Part shown: positions 53,199-63,328 of the stretch, piece by piece | How the letters are laid out: every line of letters starts with the position of its first letter | Numbering within the stretch: position 1 is the stretch's first letter | Assembly: GCA_028865725.1 (NCBI GenBank) | Contig: JAGWJP010000002.1 | Location: 40,050 to 104,049, forward strand | Source of the DNA: Patescibacteria group bacterium | GTDB lineage: Bacteria > Patescibacteriota > Minisyncoccia > UBA6257 > JACRHW01 | DNA: 64,000 bases | Direction of reading: 5' to 3' | Made by a program: the position numbers and the translations under genes | The notes under the pieces: generated by a model | Told to the model about the DNA's origin: nothing | Database searches by the model: none | The model's input: only the letters and a program-made list of their open reading frames with translations

Positions 53199-55187
53199 AT
53201 GAACTATCTCCCTCTCGGGGTATCCGCTCTAGGAATCCTCTATAGCGTGTACCTTATCCAGTCCGTGCTCTCGCTCCCTGCGGGAGACGAAAAAATGAAA
53301 CAAATATCGCATGCGGTTCAAGAAGGATCAGAAGCCTATCTTGCGCGGCAAAACAAGGCAGTGTTTGTAGTAGCGGTCGTCATTGCAATCGTACTCTGGT
53401 TTACCCTTGGGACACTCACTACTCTTGGATTTATTGTAGGTGCATTTCTTTCTGGTCTTGCAGGATACCTTGGAATGAACGTTGCCGTCCGGGCAAACGC
53501 GCGCACCACCGAAGCCGCAAAACAAGGCATGCAGCGTGCACTTGATGTGGCATTCAAAGGAGGCGCAGTCACGGGAGTCCTCGTAGTCTCTCTCGGTCTT
53601 CTCGCTGTAAGCGGTTATTTTATGCTCACCCATAATGTCACAAGTCTTGTGGGGCTTGGATTTGGCGCAAGCTTGATTTCTACTTTCGCACGTCTTGGGG
53701 GCGGAATCTTTACGAAAAGCGCTGACGTGGGCGCTGATCTTGTGGGAAAAGTGGAAGCGGGTCTCCCGGAAGATGATCCTCGCAACCCTGCGGTCATCGC
53801 GGATAACGTAGGAGATAATGTGGGCGATTGCGCAGGAATGGCTGCTGATTTGTTTGAAACCTATACTGTTACCATTATTGCCGCGATGCTTCTTACCAAC
53901 CTCATCTTTCCCAACAATGCCGTACTTCTCATGCTCCCCTTCCAAATCGGCGCACTCGCAATCATCGCATCGATTTTAGGACTCTATTTTGTAAAACTTG
54001 ATCGTTCGCAGGACATTATGCGCGCCCTCTATAAAGGCCTTCTTGGAAGCGCGATCCTTGCAGGATTATTCTTTGCCGGATTTATCAAATACTTCCTCGG
54101 CGACACAGGAGGAGTGATCTCAAATCGCAATATATTCTTCGCGCTTCTTATTGGACTTCTTGTGACTGCGCTTATCGTATGGATCACCGATTACTACACT
54201 GCAAAGAAATATAAGCCAGTGCAACACGTTGCAGAAGCGGCAAACTCAGGACATGGGACAAACGTAATCATGGGTCTCGCCGTAGGACTTGAAGCGACAG
54301 TGCTCCCCGTGTTTATTATTGTGGCCGCCACGCTTCTTGCATTTCATTTTGCAGGACTCTATGGCATTGCGCTTGCCGTACTCGGCATGCTATCTCTCAC
54401 GGGAATTGTTGTTGCAATTGACTCATTCGGCCCGATCACTGATAACGCAGGCGGTATCGCTGAAATGACTCAACAACCCGAATCTGTACGAACCATTACC
54501 GATGCCCTCGACGCAGTAGGCAACACCACGAAAGCAGTGACGAAAGGGTATGCGATTGCTTCCGCAGGACTTGCCGCACTTGTTCTCTTCTCCTCATATA
54601 TCCAAGAAGTAGAAGCCACAGGCCACAAACTCGAGCTCGTACTCCAAGATCCGTGGGTGCTTGCCGGGATTCTCATAGGAGCAAGCATCCCTTATCTCTT
54701 TGCGTCGATCGCCATGCGCGCAGTGAGCAAGACAGCACAGTCAGTGGTACATGAAGTACGTACCCAGTTGAAAGAAAATCCGAATATCCTCGAAGGAAAG
54801 GAGCTTCCTGATTACGCACGCACCGTTGATATTGTCACAAAAGCAGCACTCAAAGAAATGTCACTCCCCGCTCTCATTCCTATCGCAAGTGTTATCTTGG
54901 TTGGTTTGCTTCTGGGTGCAAAGGCGGTGGGCGGTCTTCTTATCGGAACTATCATCACCGGCATCTTCCTTGCACTTTCTATGACAACGGGCGGTGCAGC
55001 ATGGGATAATGCAAAAAAATACATTGAAGAAGGCCATTTTGGAGGAAAAAAATCTCCCGCACACCAAGCTGCGGTTACCGGCGATACCGTAGGAGATGTC
55101 TACAAAGACACCGCAGGTCCCGCAATTAATCCCATGATCAAAGTAGTGAATATTGTCGCATTGCTGCTCGTCCGCTTCTTAAAGTAG
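53199..55187 (+). CDS. hppA: Membrane-bound pyrophosphatase, predicted K+-independent H+ pump
   Basis: [56 protein letters not shown]. Confidence 0.93.
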   Translation: MNYLPLGVSALGILYSVYLIQSVLSLPAGDEKMKQISHAVQEGSEAYLARQNKAVFVVAVVIAIVLWFTLGTLTTLGFIVGAFLSGLAGYLGMNVAVRANARTTEAAKQGMQRALDVAFKGGAVTGVLVVSLGLLAVSGYFMLTHNVTSLVGLGFGASLISTFARLGGGIFTKSADVGADLVGKVEAGLPEDDPRNPAVIADNVGDNVGDCAGMAADLFETYTVTIIAAMLLTNLIFPNNAVLLMLPFQIGALAIIASILGLYFVKLDRSQDIMRALYKGLLGSAILAGLFFAGFIKYFLGDTGGVISNRNIFFALLIGLLVTALIVWITDYYTAKKYKPVQHVAEAANSGHGTNVIMGLAVGLEATVLPVFIIVAATLLAFHFAGLYGIALAVLGMLSLTGIVVAIDSFGPITDNAGGIAEMTQQPESVRTITDALDAVGNTTKAVTKGYAIASAGLAALVLFSSYIQEVEATGHKLELVLQDPWVLAGILIGASIPYLFASIAMRAVSKTAQSVVHEVRTQLKENPNILEGKELPDYARTVDIVTKAALKEMSLPALIPIASVILVGLLLGAKAVGGLLIGTIITGIFLALSMTTGGAAWDNAKKYIEEGHFGGKKSPAHQAAVTGDTVGDVYKDTAGPAINPMIKVVNIVALLLVRFLK

Positions 55188-55310
55188 AACGTACATATTG
55201 AGGGAATTTCTTTGTCAAAACCTGTGATCCTCAACTCGAAATACCATTTTCGTATTCTTCGTTTCAGTGCTCGGTTTTTCCTCGAACCTCATCTCAATCT
55301 GTATGTTCTA
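55185..55310. mobile_element. 126-bp MITE-like palindromic element overlapping the hppA stop codon
   Basis: Terminal inverted repeats TAGAACGTACATATTGAG / CTCAATCTGTATGTTCTA (16/18), TA at both ends. Confidence 0.55.
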
Positions 55311-55444
55311 TAACGCAAAACCGTCTCGAGTTTCGGGGCGGTTTTTGTTGCACACCCGTCTTGCATCTGTTAGGATTGAAGGAGTTTCTTGAAAAAGCGC
55401 ACACAGCCTCATGAGACTGTGTGCGTAAAGGAGGTCATTCCTTT

Positions 55445-55780
55445 ATGTCGGCGTCAATTGCGGTACAGTTCTTTCTGCGCGTAAAACGCAAAGAATATAT
55501 AAAACATATCATGCGTTTACTTCGTACCCATTATAGACACACGATTATTACAGAACCGGATCGTAGAAGTGTCTTCCAAATCATGAAAACAAACCAAGTC
55601 ACTTACGAAAAAGTTTTCTCCACTACACTTGAGCTGCGTAACGAACAATCGGGAAATGGATCCCTTGGCACCGCCTATTGGGCCGCTCTCACGCCCCCCA
55701 TCATTCCTCATGCGTTACGCCCCTTTGTAGAATCTGTAGAAATAAACGTTCCTATTTCCGTGGGTTCTTCGCCAAGATAA
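55445..55780 (+). CDS. Hypothetical protein
   Basis: AGGAGG SD before MSASIAV; hairpin downstream. Confidence 0.5.
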   Translation: MSASIAVQFFLRVKRKEYIKHIMRLLRTHYRHTIITEPDRRSVFQIMKTNQVTYEKVFSTTLELRNEQSGNGSLGTAYWAALTPPIIPHALRPFVESVEINVPISVGSSPR

Positions 55781-55810
55781 ACAATACCGCCTCTCGAAAG
55801 GCGATATTTT

Positions 55811-56707
55811 TTACATTTCGCGCAAAGCCTTGATGCGTTCCTCAATAGGCGGGTGGGTCATAAACAAAGTATGCAACCAAGGCGTTGTTTTTTTATCTTC
55901 ATAAGGATCGTTAAGCCATAAATGTGCCGTGGTGGGATTCGCGCACTGCATCGGCACGGGATGATCAGCTATTTTTTGCAATGCATCCGCAAGTCCTTCT
56001 GGATAGCGAGTAAGAAGCGCACCCGAAGCATCAGCGAGCGACTCACGTTTTCTGGAAATCGCAAGCTGCATGAGAGTCAGCGCGAGAGGAGCGAGAATGG
56101 ACAATACGATCCCTGCAATAATAAAAAAAGCGTTATTCCCTTGCTCCTCATCGCGGCTGCGGAATCCGCCCCACATCCATGAACGCAAAAACCAATTTGC
56201 CAGCAGCGAGATAAATCCTACAAGAATTACTATAATCGTGGAAAGCAACATATCTCTGTTCCCCACATGCGAAAGCTCGTGTGCAAGCACTCCTTCCAAT
56301 TCAGAACGATTCATGATTTGCAAAAGTCCTTCGGTAACAGCCACCACAGCATGCTGCGGATCGCGTCCCGTAGCAAATGCATTCGGCTGGCGCTCAGGCA
56401 CGATGTAGATTTTGGGTGTAGGAAGTCCCGCAGTAATTGCAAGATTTTCTACCAGATGATAGAGCTCTGGTGCATCATCCTCCTGCACCTCATGTGCTCC
56501 TGCCATCCCAAGCACAATTTTATCTGAATACCAATAACTGATGATACTCATTACTATGCTAAGAAGTACGGCACTATACAAAATAGGCGGATTATCATAA
56601 GCTTCCGCAAATACAAATCCCACACCAATGACCACCACAAAAAACACGATGAATGTCATCCATGTTTTGCGGATATTAGAATCTTTGTAGGTATAGAGTG
56701 TCATCAC
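55811..56707 (-). CDS. htpX: M48 zinc metalloprotease HtpX
   Basis: PNAFATGR, AHELSH, ISRKRESLAD, THPPIEERI. Confidence 0.93.
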   Translation of the reverse strand: MMTLYTYKDSNIRKTWMTFIVFFVVVIGVGFVFAEAYDNPPILYSAVLLSIVMSIISYWYSDKIVLGMAGAHEVQEDDAPELYHLVENLAITAGLPTPKIYIVPERQPNAFATGRDPQHAVVAVTEGLLQIMNRSELEGVLAHELSHVGNRDMLLSTIIVILVGFISLLANWFLRSWMWGGFRSRDEEQGNNAFFIIAGIVLSILAPLALTLMQLAISRKRESLADASGALLTRYPEGLADALQKIADHPVPMQCANPTTAHLWLNDPYEDKKTTPWLHTLFMTHPPIEERIKALREM

Positions 56708-56716
56708 CCAAAAAAC

Positions 56717-57271
56717 CTAAAACGACACTTTGACCGGTTCCTTTTCTTCGGCATTTGCAATCTCAAAATATTCTCGCGCAGTAAATCCAAACATGTGTGC
56801 AAAAAGATTCGTAGGAAATACTGCGATTTGCGCATTAAAATCACGCGCATTGCCGTTATAAAACCGCCGCGCAGCCTGAATTTTATTTTCCGTATCCGCA
56901 AGCTCCTCTTGTAGCTTGGTAAAGCTCTCAACAGCACGAAGTTGTGGATAAGCTTCCGCAAGCGCAAATATACTCTTCAACGCCCCCGTCATCATGTTTT
57001 CCGCCGCAGCTTTTTCTGGAACAGACTGCGCGCCAAGTGCCTTCGCGCGTGCATCCATGACGTGGGTAAATACTTCGTTCTCGTGTGCCGCATACCCTTT
57101 GACCGTTTCTACGAGGTTCGGAATAAGATCGTAACGGCGCTTCAATTGCACATCAATATCCGACCACGCCTCATCCACACGCGTCTTATTTCGTACAAGC
57201 CCGTTATACGCTGCAATCACCCAAAGCACCAACAATACGATAATTCCAAGAACGAAAAATCCTGTTTGCAT
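56717..57271 (-). CDS. lemA: LemA-family protein
   Basis: AWSDIDVQLKRRYDLIPNLVETVKGY, AEAYPQL. Confidence 0.95.
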   Translation of the reverse strand: MQTGFFVLGIIVLLVLWVIAAYNGLVRNKTRVDEAWSDIDVQLKRRYDLIPNLVETVKGYAAHENEVFTHVMDARAKALGAQSVPEKAAAENMMTGALKSIFALAEAYPQLRAVESFTKLQEELADTENKIQAARRFYNGNARDFNAQIAVFPTNLFAHMFGFTAREYFEIANAEEKEPVKVSF

Positions 57272-57376
57272 AATTTATGTTATTAAACAAGTTATAATGG
57301 TTTTATTATACCCATTTCACATTGAAAAAAACAGGTGCACGAGACCACCATTCTTTTCTAAAGAAAAGATCCCGTG

Positions 57377-57454
57377 CTATCGATTGCGTAATTCCACCTT
57401 CTTCCCCGCCTTTTTTGCATGTTTTTTCTTCGCAAGCTTTTTCTTTTTGTACAT
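57377..57454 (-). CDS. Putative 25-aa lysine-rich micropeptide
   Basis: MYKKKKLAKKKHAKKAGKKVELRNR; ATG 17 nt after the stop of the upstream gene. Confidence 0.4.
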   Translation of the reverse strand: MYKKKKLAKKKHAKKAGKKVELRNR

Positions 57455-57471
57455 ATGACTGTGTTTATTTT

Positions 57472-57858
57472 TTATAACAATTTAACAAGCGCCTGGGGGC
57501 TTTTTGCGACTCCGCGAAATAGGACAAGGCGCACGAGTTCATCATTCTCTGGTGAGAGGGCGTAGATAGGCTTTCCTGCCCCTACCGCAAAGCCGATCTC
57601 AAGCGTAGTGCCATTTCCACTATATCCGTTCTTATTGTAAATAAAAACAACATCCGCCATCCTTATCTTGTAAAAATGATCATGAGTAAGCCCCAATGCA
57701 ATCAGCTTCTTGTGTTCCATTGACTTCATCTCCTCCAATTCTTTCGGATTATGAAGGTGGGGCTCATATACCACAACACCGAGTTTTCGAAGATCGGCAG
57801 CAAGTTTTTGTATCTCCGACTTAAACCGCGTGCTTCCGCACAAGACAACTGAACGCAT
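57472..57858 (-). CDS. Nucleoside 2-deoxyribosyltransferase-superfamily protein
   Basis: VVLCGS, KIRMADVVFIYN..GYSGNGTTLEIGFA...KPIY. Confidence 0.7.
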   Translation of the reverse strand: MRSVVLCGSTRFKSEIQKLAADLRKLGVVVYEPHLHNPKELEEMKSMEHKKLIALGLTHDHFYKIRMADVVFIYNKNGYSGNGTTLEIGFAVGAGKPIYALSPENDELVRLVLFRGVAKSPQALVKLL

Positions 57859-58015
57859 AAAGAAATAAATTAACCATATTTTCGGAATATCACATTAATA
57901 CCATATGCCGTTGATTAATGATACAGACACATGATAACGCCTGGCAACCAAACCTGCTCATACTTTCCCGCATTTTTTCAAACCACCTGTAAAAAAGTCT
58001 TTCATACCATCCTAT

Positions 58016-58148
58016 TGGTGGTCCCAACGGGATCGGTCACAGGTTCTCGCTTCGCGAGCCCCGCAACCCCGCCTCGCATGCACTGCGTGCATATGCTCCG
58101 GCTTTCAATTCCCGACGCAAGCCAAGCAGTTGGCTTGCTTTGGTACTG
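58016..58148 (-). other. Structured tRNA-associated element ending in a duplicated tRNA-Glu 3' end with CCA
   Basis: 15-bp direct repeat GTGGTCCCAACGGGA at 58018-58032 and 58148-58162; three internal hairpins. Confidence 0.75.
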
Positions 58149-58220
58149 TGGTCCCAACGGGAATCGAACCCGTATTTACGCCTTGAAAGAGCGCTGTCCT
58201 AACCATTAGACGATGGGACC
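58149..58220 (-). tRNA. tRNA-Glu(TTC)
   Basis: GGTCCCA/TGGGACC acceptor stem, anticodon loop CTTTCAA, T-arm CGGGTTCGATTCCCG. Confidence 0.95.
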
Positions 58221-58386
58221 ACTATCTTCTATCTTGACGAAAACTAACAAAATAACTACTCTTTAAATTACCATTCATTCTATCAGAGTATTTGAAACTT
58301 ACAACAGATAGTGTAAAATCGCAAGTAGGCTTCTGAATGAAAAGACCGAGCGATCTAGGGCGATCACAGCGCGCCTCGCACTAAAA

Positions 58387-58442
58387 AGGAGGGTGTCTGG
58401 GCGGTTGAAAGAGACAGTCTTGAAAACTGTTATACACGAAAG
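58387..58442 (+). pseudogene. Degenerate 5' part of a second tRNA-Ser(TGA)
   Basis: AGGAGGGTGTCTGGGCGGTTGAAAGAG-ACAGT-CTTGAAA-ACTGT-TATACACGAAAG, then truncated. Confidence 0.65.
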
Positions 58443-58493
58443 GAGTTAAATCTGTTAACAGCAAATTTAACAGGGTTCGTTCCGTAATAAAGC

Positions 58494-58578
58494 GGAGGGT
58501 TGGCCGAGTGGTTTATGGCGCTGGTCTTGAAAACCAGTTGAGGGAAACCTCTCACAGGTTCAAATCCTGTACCCTCCG
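58494..58578 (+). tRNA. tRNA-Ser(TGA)
   Basis: GGAGGGT/ACCCTCC acceptor stem, CTGGT-CTTGAAA-ACCAG anticodon arm, long variable arm, ACAGG-TTCAAAT-CCTGT T-arm. Confidence 0.95.
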
Positions 58579-58802
58579 CTTTGAAACGTATAACCATTCC
58601 ACCCCTTCCGCAAATGGGATTTTTGAGTGAAAAGCCTTGATGAGAACAGGGCTTTTTGGTTCTGACATTGTCGAAAAACCAAAAATGGCAGTGACAAGCA
58701 TTGACGCAAATACTACCCACAATAATAGTTTAAATCCCGACTGATGCATGTTCAAAAATCTCATCTTGAGCAATTCTCCATTTTCCGTAAAGCTCCTCAA
58801 CT

Positions 58803-60920
58803 CTAAATCTTTTGATTGCGGAGGAGAACCGCGTTTGCGGCAACAATTACGGTCGAAAGCGACATAAAGACGGCTCCGATTGCGGGAGTAAACAGTATCC
58901 CCCACGGCGCCAAGACACCGGCTGCAAGCGGTATTGCCACAATGTTATATCCTGCCGCCCACCACAGATTTTGTATCATCTTTACATAGGTAAGCTGCGA
59001 AAGATGAATAACTTTCGCAATATCGCGCGGATCATTACGCACCAAAATAATACCTGCGGACTCAATCGCCACATTCGTGCCTGCTCCGATTGCAATGCCA
59101 AGATCTGCTTCAGTAAGTGCGGGAGCGTCGTTGACTCCGTCCCCTACCATTGCCACCTTCTGCCCTTTCGATTGCAAGAATTTTACTTTTTCAGATTTTT
59201 GCTCCGGAAAGACATTCGCAAAATACTCATCGATGTTCAATTCACCTGCCACCCATCGCGCCACATCCTCCGCATCTCCCGTCACCATAGCGGTTTTTAT
59301 TCCCATAGCACGCAATGTAGCAACCGCCTCGCGTGACTCCTCGCGAATTACGTCAGCACATGCAATTGCCCCCAATACTACACCGTCCTGCATCACCATG
59401 TTTATCGTTTTCCCTTGCTGTGCGTAGGTAGTTACTTGCGCCGTAAGTGCATCACTTAATTTGACCCCCTGTTCTTTGGCAAGCGCAACGCTCCCCACCA
59501 CAATCTCCTTATGCCCCACCTCCGCGCGCACGCCCTTACCAGGAATTCTTTGCACATTCTTGACCCCTGGAAGTGTTATCCCTTTTTGCGTTGCGTAGTC
59601 GACGATTGCTTTCGCGAGTGGGTGCTCTGACTGCATATTGACCGCCGCGGCATAACGCAATATTTCCTCATTGTTATGTGATGCTTCTTGAAGCACCGCA
59701 TCTACGCCAAACGCGCCACGTGTGAGTGTTCCTGTTTTATCAAACAACACCACATCAATATTGCGCGCTGCCTCGAGTGCAAGTCGTTGTTTTACCAACA
59801 AACCATTGCGTGCCGCCTTTGTAGTCGATATCGAGGCCACAAGAGGAATTGCAAGCCCCAATGCATGGGGACACGCGATCACGAGCACTGCGACCATTCG
59901 ATTGATCGCAAACGCAGGATCAGCAAACACAAGCCATGTGACAAGAGTACCTCCTCCCGCTCCTATTGCAACAAGCGTTAAATAGTAGGCAGCACGATCA
60001 GAAAATATCTGAATCCTCGACTTCGAACTCTGCGCCTCAGCCACAAGACGCATCACTCCTGCCAAAAATGTTTCTTCACCTATTTTAGTAACACGGACAG
60101 TAAGCGCGCCGTCTCCATTAGTAGTTCCTGCGATGACCGCATCACCTTGCTTTTTTGAGACTGGTTTCGATTCTCCTGTGACAATCGACTCGTTCACCTC
60201 GGAAACTCCTTCTTGTATCACTCCATCGGCAGGAATACGTCCGCCTGGTTTCACGAGCACCATATCCCCTTTTTGGAGCTCTGCAAGTGGAATACGCACC
60301 ACTGCTCCATCCCTCATAACCTCTGCGGTATCGGGTAATAGTTTTGATAACTCCTTCAAAGCACTCTGGGCCCCTGAAACCGCACGCATTTCAATCCAAT
60401 GCCCCAAGAGCATCACGGTAATAAGAGTAGAAAGCTCCCAATAGAGCGTTCCCGTTTTTCCAAGGAAGGTGATCACCACGCTATAGCTATACGCCACTGA
60501 GATTGCAAGTGCAATCAGCGTCATCATACCGGGCAGACGCGCCTTCAACTCACGATACGCCGATGCAACAAAAAGCCACCCCCCATAAAAGAAAATAATG
60601 GACGAAAGTATAATTTGTATATAGGAGGAACCGGGAAAAACCCACGCATGATACCCCACAAACTTTTGAACCACATCCGAATACACTACCACAGGAATAG
60701 ATAGAATAAAGCTCACCCAAAACTTCATCTTAAAGATATTCGTGCTGTTGCCATTTTTCTTCGAAATCATGCCGCCATGCTCATGATGGGCGTCACCTGC
60801 ATCCGTAGATACAAGATTCATGCCGCACTCAGGGCAAAGACCTGGACTTTCCTGCTTGATCTCGGGATGCATGGGACATGTATAGAGTGTCGATTCCTGA
60901 TTATGATGTTCGTGATGCAT
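58803..60920 (-). CDS. Copper-translocating P1B-type ATPase (CPH motif, CopB-like)
   Basis: His-rich N-terminus and [37 protein letters not shown]. Confidence 0.93.
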   Translation of the reverse strand: MHHEHHNQESTLYTCPMHPEIKQESPGLCPECGMNLVSTDAGDAHHEHGGMISKKNGNSTNIFKMKFWVSFILSIPVVVYSDVVQKFVGYHAWVFPGSSYIQIILSSIIFFYGGWLFVASAYRELKARLPGMMTLIALAISVAYSYSVVITFLGKTGTLYWELSTLITVMLLGHWIEMRAVSGAQSALKELSKLLPDTAEVMRDGAVVRIPLAELQKGDMVLVKPGGRIPADGVIQEGVSEVNESIVTGESKPVSKKQGDAVIAGTTNGDGALTVRVTKIGEETFLAGVMRLVAEAQSSKSRIQIFSDRAAYYLTLVAIGAGGGTLVTWLVFADPAFAINRMVAVLVIACPHALGLAIPLVASISTTKAARNGLLVKQRLALEAARNIDVVLFDKTGTLTRGAFGVDAVLQEASHNNEEILRYAAAVNMQSEHPLAKAIVDYATQKGITLPGVKNVQRIPGKGVRAEVGHKEIVVGSVALAKEQGVKLSDALTAQVTTYAQQGKTINMVMQDGVVLGAIACADVIREESREAVATLRAMGIKTAMVTGDAEDVARWVAGELNIDEYFANVFPEQKSEKVKFLQSKGQKVAMVGDGVNDAPALTEADLGIAIGAGTNVAIESAGIILVRNDPRDIAKVIHLSQLTYVKMIQNLWWAAGYNIVAIPLAAGVLAPWGILFTPAIGAVFMSLSTVIVAANAVLLRNQKI

Positions 60921-60951
60921 GAAATAAAAAATTGAAATTAATCACCAACGC

Positions 60952-61221
60952 CTACTTCTCCTCTGAAACACAAATACTATTACAAAGCCATGCGAAGAAA
61001 GCCCCCAATACCCAACCATAACCAAACGATTCCACTACGCCAATACCCGCCCCCGCAACGCTCATGGTGAAACCTGGATATGCAATACGAAGAAGATTCG
61101 CATGAAGATCTCTTAACACGGGATCAGTAAATAAGAGGCCCCACCACATACAAAGAAGAAAAAAGACAACTGAAATAATACCTACCACATTCCCTGTTCT
61201 TTTAATATGTAACATATTCAT
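60952..61221 (-). CDS. Small two-TM membrane protein of the copper cluster
   Basis: FFLLCMWWG...LH...YPGF...GVVESFGYGW. Confidence 0.7.
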   Translation of the reverse strand: MNMLHIKRTGNVVGIISVVFFLLCMWWGLLFTDPVLRDLHANLLRIAYPGFTMSVAGAGIGVVESFGYGWVLGAFFAWLCNSICVSEEK

Positions 61222-61255
61222 GTTATTGTTATTCGTGTACTATATCGCATTTACA

Positions 61256-61870
61256 TTATTTCTTGCTTTTTTGATCGAATACCCATTTTATTATGGCAAC
61301 TATCCCCACGAAAGCAAAAATCCAAAGAATACCATTAAATAAGATTTCCAAAAATCCATACCCACTCCACCACCCAGGGTATCTATGGGTACCCTGCATC
61401 ATATTCCACCCCGATCCATATCCGCTCATCATTGGCATATACACAGGATGAGCGGAATAGTTTGACCAGCATCCTAAGTACGACCTGCCCATATTGACGT
61501 GTGCCGCGACGAGACTCGCCGAACCCTCCCCGCCCATCATAGTATCCATTGCTTCATGCCGTGCTTCATTCGGTACCATAACTCCCATATATGCATCACC
61601 CAACTTCTCAAATTGTGCATCAGTGACATTATTGCAACTGATGTCGGTACCGACATCAACGTGTTGCGCAGCATAAATATCCCGCAATGCATCCTGAACC
61701 TCTTTATTTTGTGCCACAAGTGAATAGCTAGACGTCGCGATGCTTCCCTTATATTCATAGGTACCCATCATACCCATTTGTGCCCCAGCAATGTTTGCGA
61801 GAAATACCATACCAATCACGAAAGTTCCTCCGATTATTGTTTTTGTGAGTTTCATAACTGCTTCGCTCAT
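61256..61870 (-). CDS. Met/Gly-rich membrane-anchored putative copper-binding protein
   Basis: Signal peptide, QMGMMG, HEAMDTMMGGEGS...HVNMG...C, MPMM, C-terminal TM. Confidence 0.7.
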   Translation of the reverse strand: MSEAVMKLTKTIIGGTFVIGMVFLANIAGAQMGMMGTYEYKGSIATSSYSLVAQNKEVQDALRDIYAAQHVDVGTDISCNNVTDAQFEKLGDAYMGVMVPNEARHEAMDTMMGGEGSASLVAAHVNMGRSYLGCWSNYSAHPVYMPMMSGYGSGWNMMQGTHRYPGWWSGYGFLEILFNGILWIFAFVGIVAIIKWVFDQKSKK

Positions 61871-62142
61871 TATTTGTTTGATAATGTATAAATAGCAATA
61901 AGTTCTTTTATGGCTTTTTCGTAATCCCCTTTATGCTGCATCTGAGATTTCACGTGTGTTCGCAAATGATTCTCCAAAAGAAACGTATCAAGACTTTTAA
62001 GCGAACGCTCAATAGAACGTGATTGTTCTAAAAGGGTTGGACAATATATCTCGCGCTCAATCGCATTCAAAAGCCCGTCTAATTGCCCTCGAATAATCTT
62101 GATTCTGTGGAGTGCCCGTTTTTTTAATTTTTGATCAACCAT
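61870..62142 (-). CDS. CsoR/RcnR-family metal-sensing repressor
   Basis: RIKIIRGQLDG...YC...LLENHLRTHV. Confidence 0.9.
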   Translation of the reverse strand: MVDQKLKKRALHRIKIIRGQLDGLLNAIEREIYCPTLLEQSRSIERSLKSLDTFLLENHLRTHVKSQMQHKGDYEKAIKELIAIYTLSNK

Positions 62143-62182
62143 ATACTATGTAAAATAAGTTCACGTCGACCTTACTTCTCCT

Positions 62183-62263
62183 ATATACCCACTCCCCCTA
62201 TTTGTCAATCAGACCTCTATGTGGACAGATTCTCTTCCCAATACCCTCGCCCTAGGGTACACT
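62183..62263. promoter_or_regulatory. Divergent promoters with two CsoR-type G/C-tract operators
   Basis: Minus strand TTGACA followed by ATAGGGGGAGTGGGTAT (62185-62201); plus strand TACCCT-CGCCCT-AGGGTA (62242-62259) overlapping TACACT. Confidence 0.65.
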
Positions 62264-62312
62264 AAGAGAGCAGAAAGTGTCGCAGGACATTACTAAATTA
62301 ACTCATATAATA

Positions 62313-63308
62313 ATGAAAAAATTAACATACTTCGCAGTGGCATGTAGCGCGGGAGCACTCTTACTTGCAAGCGCGATCGCGTTTGCTGAGAGTAGCAATG
62401 CTTCTTCGCACCGAAATACTCTCGCAGAAAATTCGTCAGTCGAGGTCCATTCTGTATCTCACGACAACAACAACGAAGATCAAAACACCGTAACAGCCTC
62501 CTCGCAGGAACAAAAAGATAACACCTCTGAGGATCAGCTTTCATCTCAAGAACGGCAGCAAAAAGAAAAGGAGTTACAAAAACAAGAATCGGAAACGCAA
62601 CAAAAACAGGCAGAACTGCAAAAACAAAACTCAGAAGATCAACAGCAAAAACAAGAAGAATTACAAAAAAAAGAATCTGAACGAAACAACGCGTTTGAAG
62701 AACGAGCACAAGAAGCGGCAGCGCACATAAAAGATGCTCAAAAGAAGGCAGAAGAAGAAAAAGCACAACACCATACTGATCTAGAAGATAGAATTTCTCA
62801 TATCACTGATTCTGCAAAACGCACTCTTGCAACACGCATTGCCGATCAATTTGATCATATTAACACCGTATGGACTGATCACTTCACGCTGGTGTTAAAC
62901 CGCTATGATGCAATCTTGCAAAAGATCCAAACACGTGCAGATATGGCTGCTGCTAATGGAAATGATGTAAGCGCAGTTACTACATTAATACAAAAAACAA
63001 CAACGGACCTCGCGACAGCACGCACTGCAGTAGAAGCCCAAGCAACAAAATCCTATACCGCTAAACTTGCATCAAGTACTTCAAACATAGAGGTATCCTC
63101 AAGTACTGAGAGTCATTTCGTACAAAACTTCCGCGATTCATTTAATACCCTTCACGAGAGTCTCCTGCATGACCTCTTCGCATTACGTGACGGGGCAGTA
63201 AGAACCGTACGCACCGATTTACAACGTGCAAACCAAGCACTTCAAACTATTCCTGGGGTCGACAATGATGTACAAGAAAGCTCCTCAACCGCATCCTCAA
63301 CACACTAA
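62313..63308 (+). CDS. Secreted Gln/Glu/Lys-rich coiled-coil protein
   Basis: Signal peptide MKKLTY...AFA; long helical region. Confidence 0.7.
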   Translation: MKKLTYFAVACSAGALLLASAIAFAESSNASSHRNTLAENSSVEVHSVSHDNNNEDQNTVTASSQEQKDNTSEDQLSSQERQQKEKELQKQESETQQKQAELQKQNSEDQQQKQEELQKKESERNNAFEERAQEAAAHIKDAQKKAEEEKAQHHTDLEDRISHITDSAKRTLATRIADQFDHINTVWTDHFTLVLNRYDAILQKIQTRADMAAANGNDVSAVTTLIQKTTTDLATARTAVEAQATKSYTAKLASSTSNIEVSSSTESHFVQNFRDSFNTLHESLLHDLFALRDGAVRTVRTDLQRANQALQTIPGVDNDVQESSSTASSTH

Positions 63309-63328
63309 TAACCCGCCACTTCATATAT

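Noticed and set aside
58552-58905. 117-aa minus-strand ORF after the copper ATPase
   Set aside because: It overlaps both the ATPase end and tRNA-Ser; at most a truncated membrane-protein remnant from about 58764, too weak to call.
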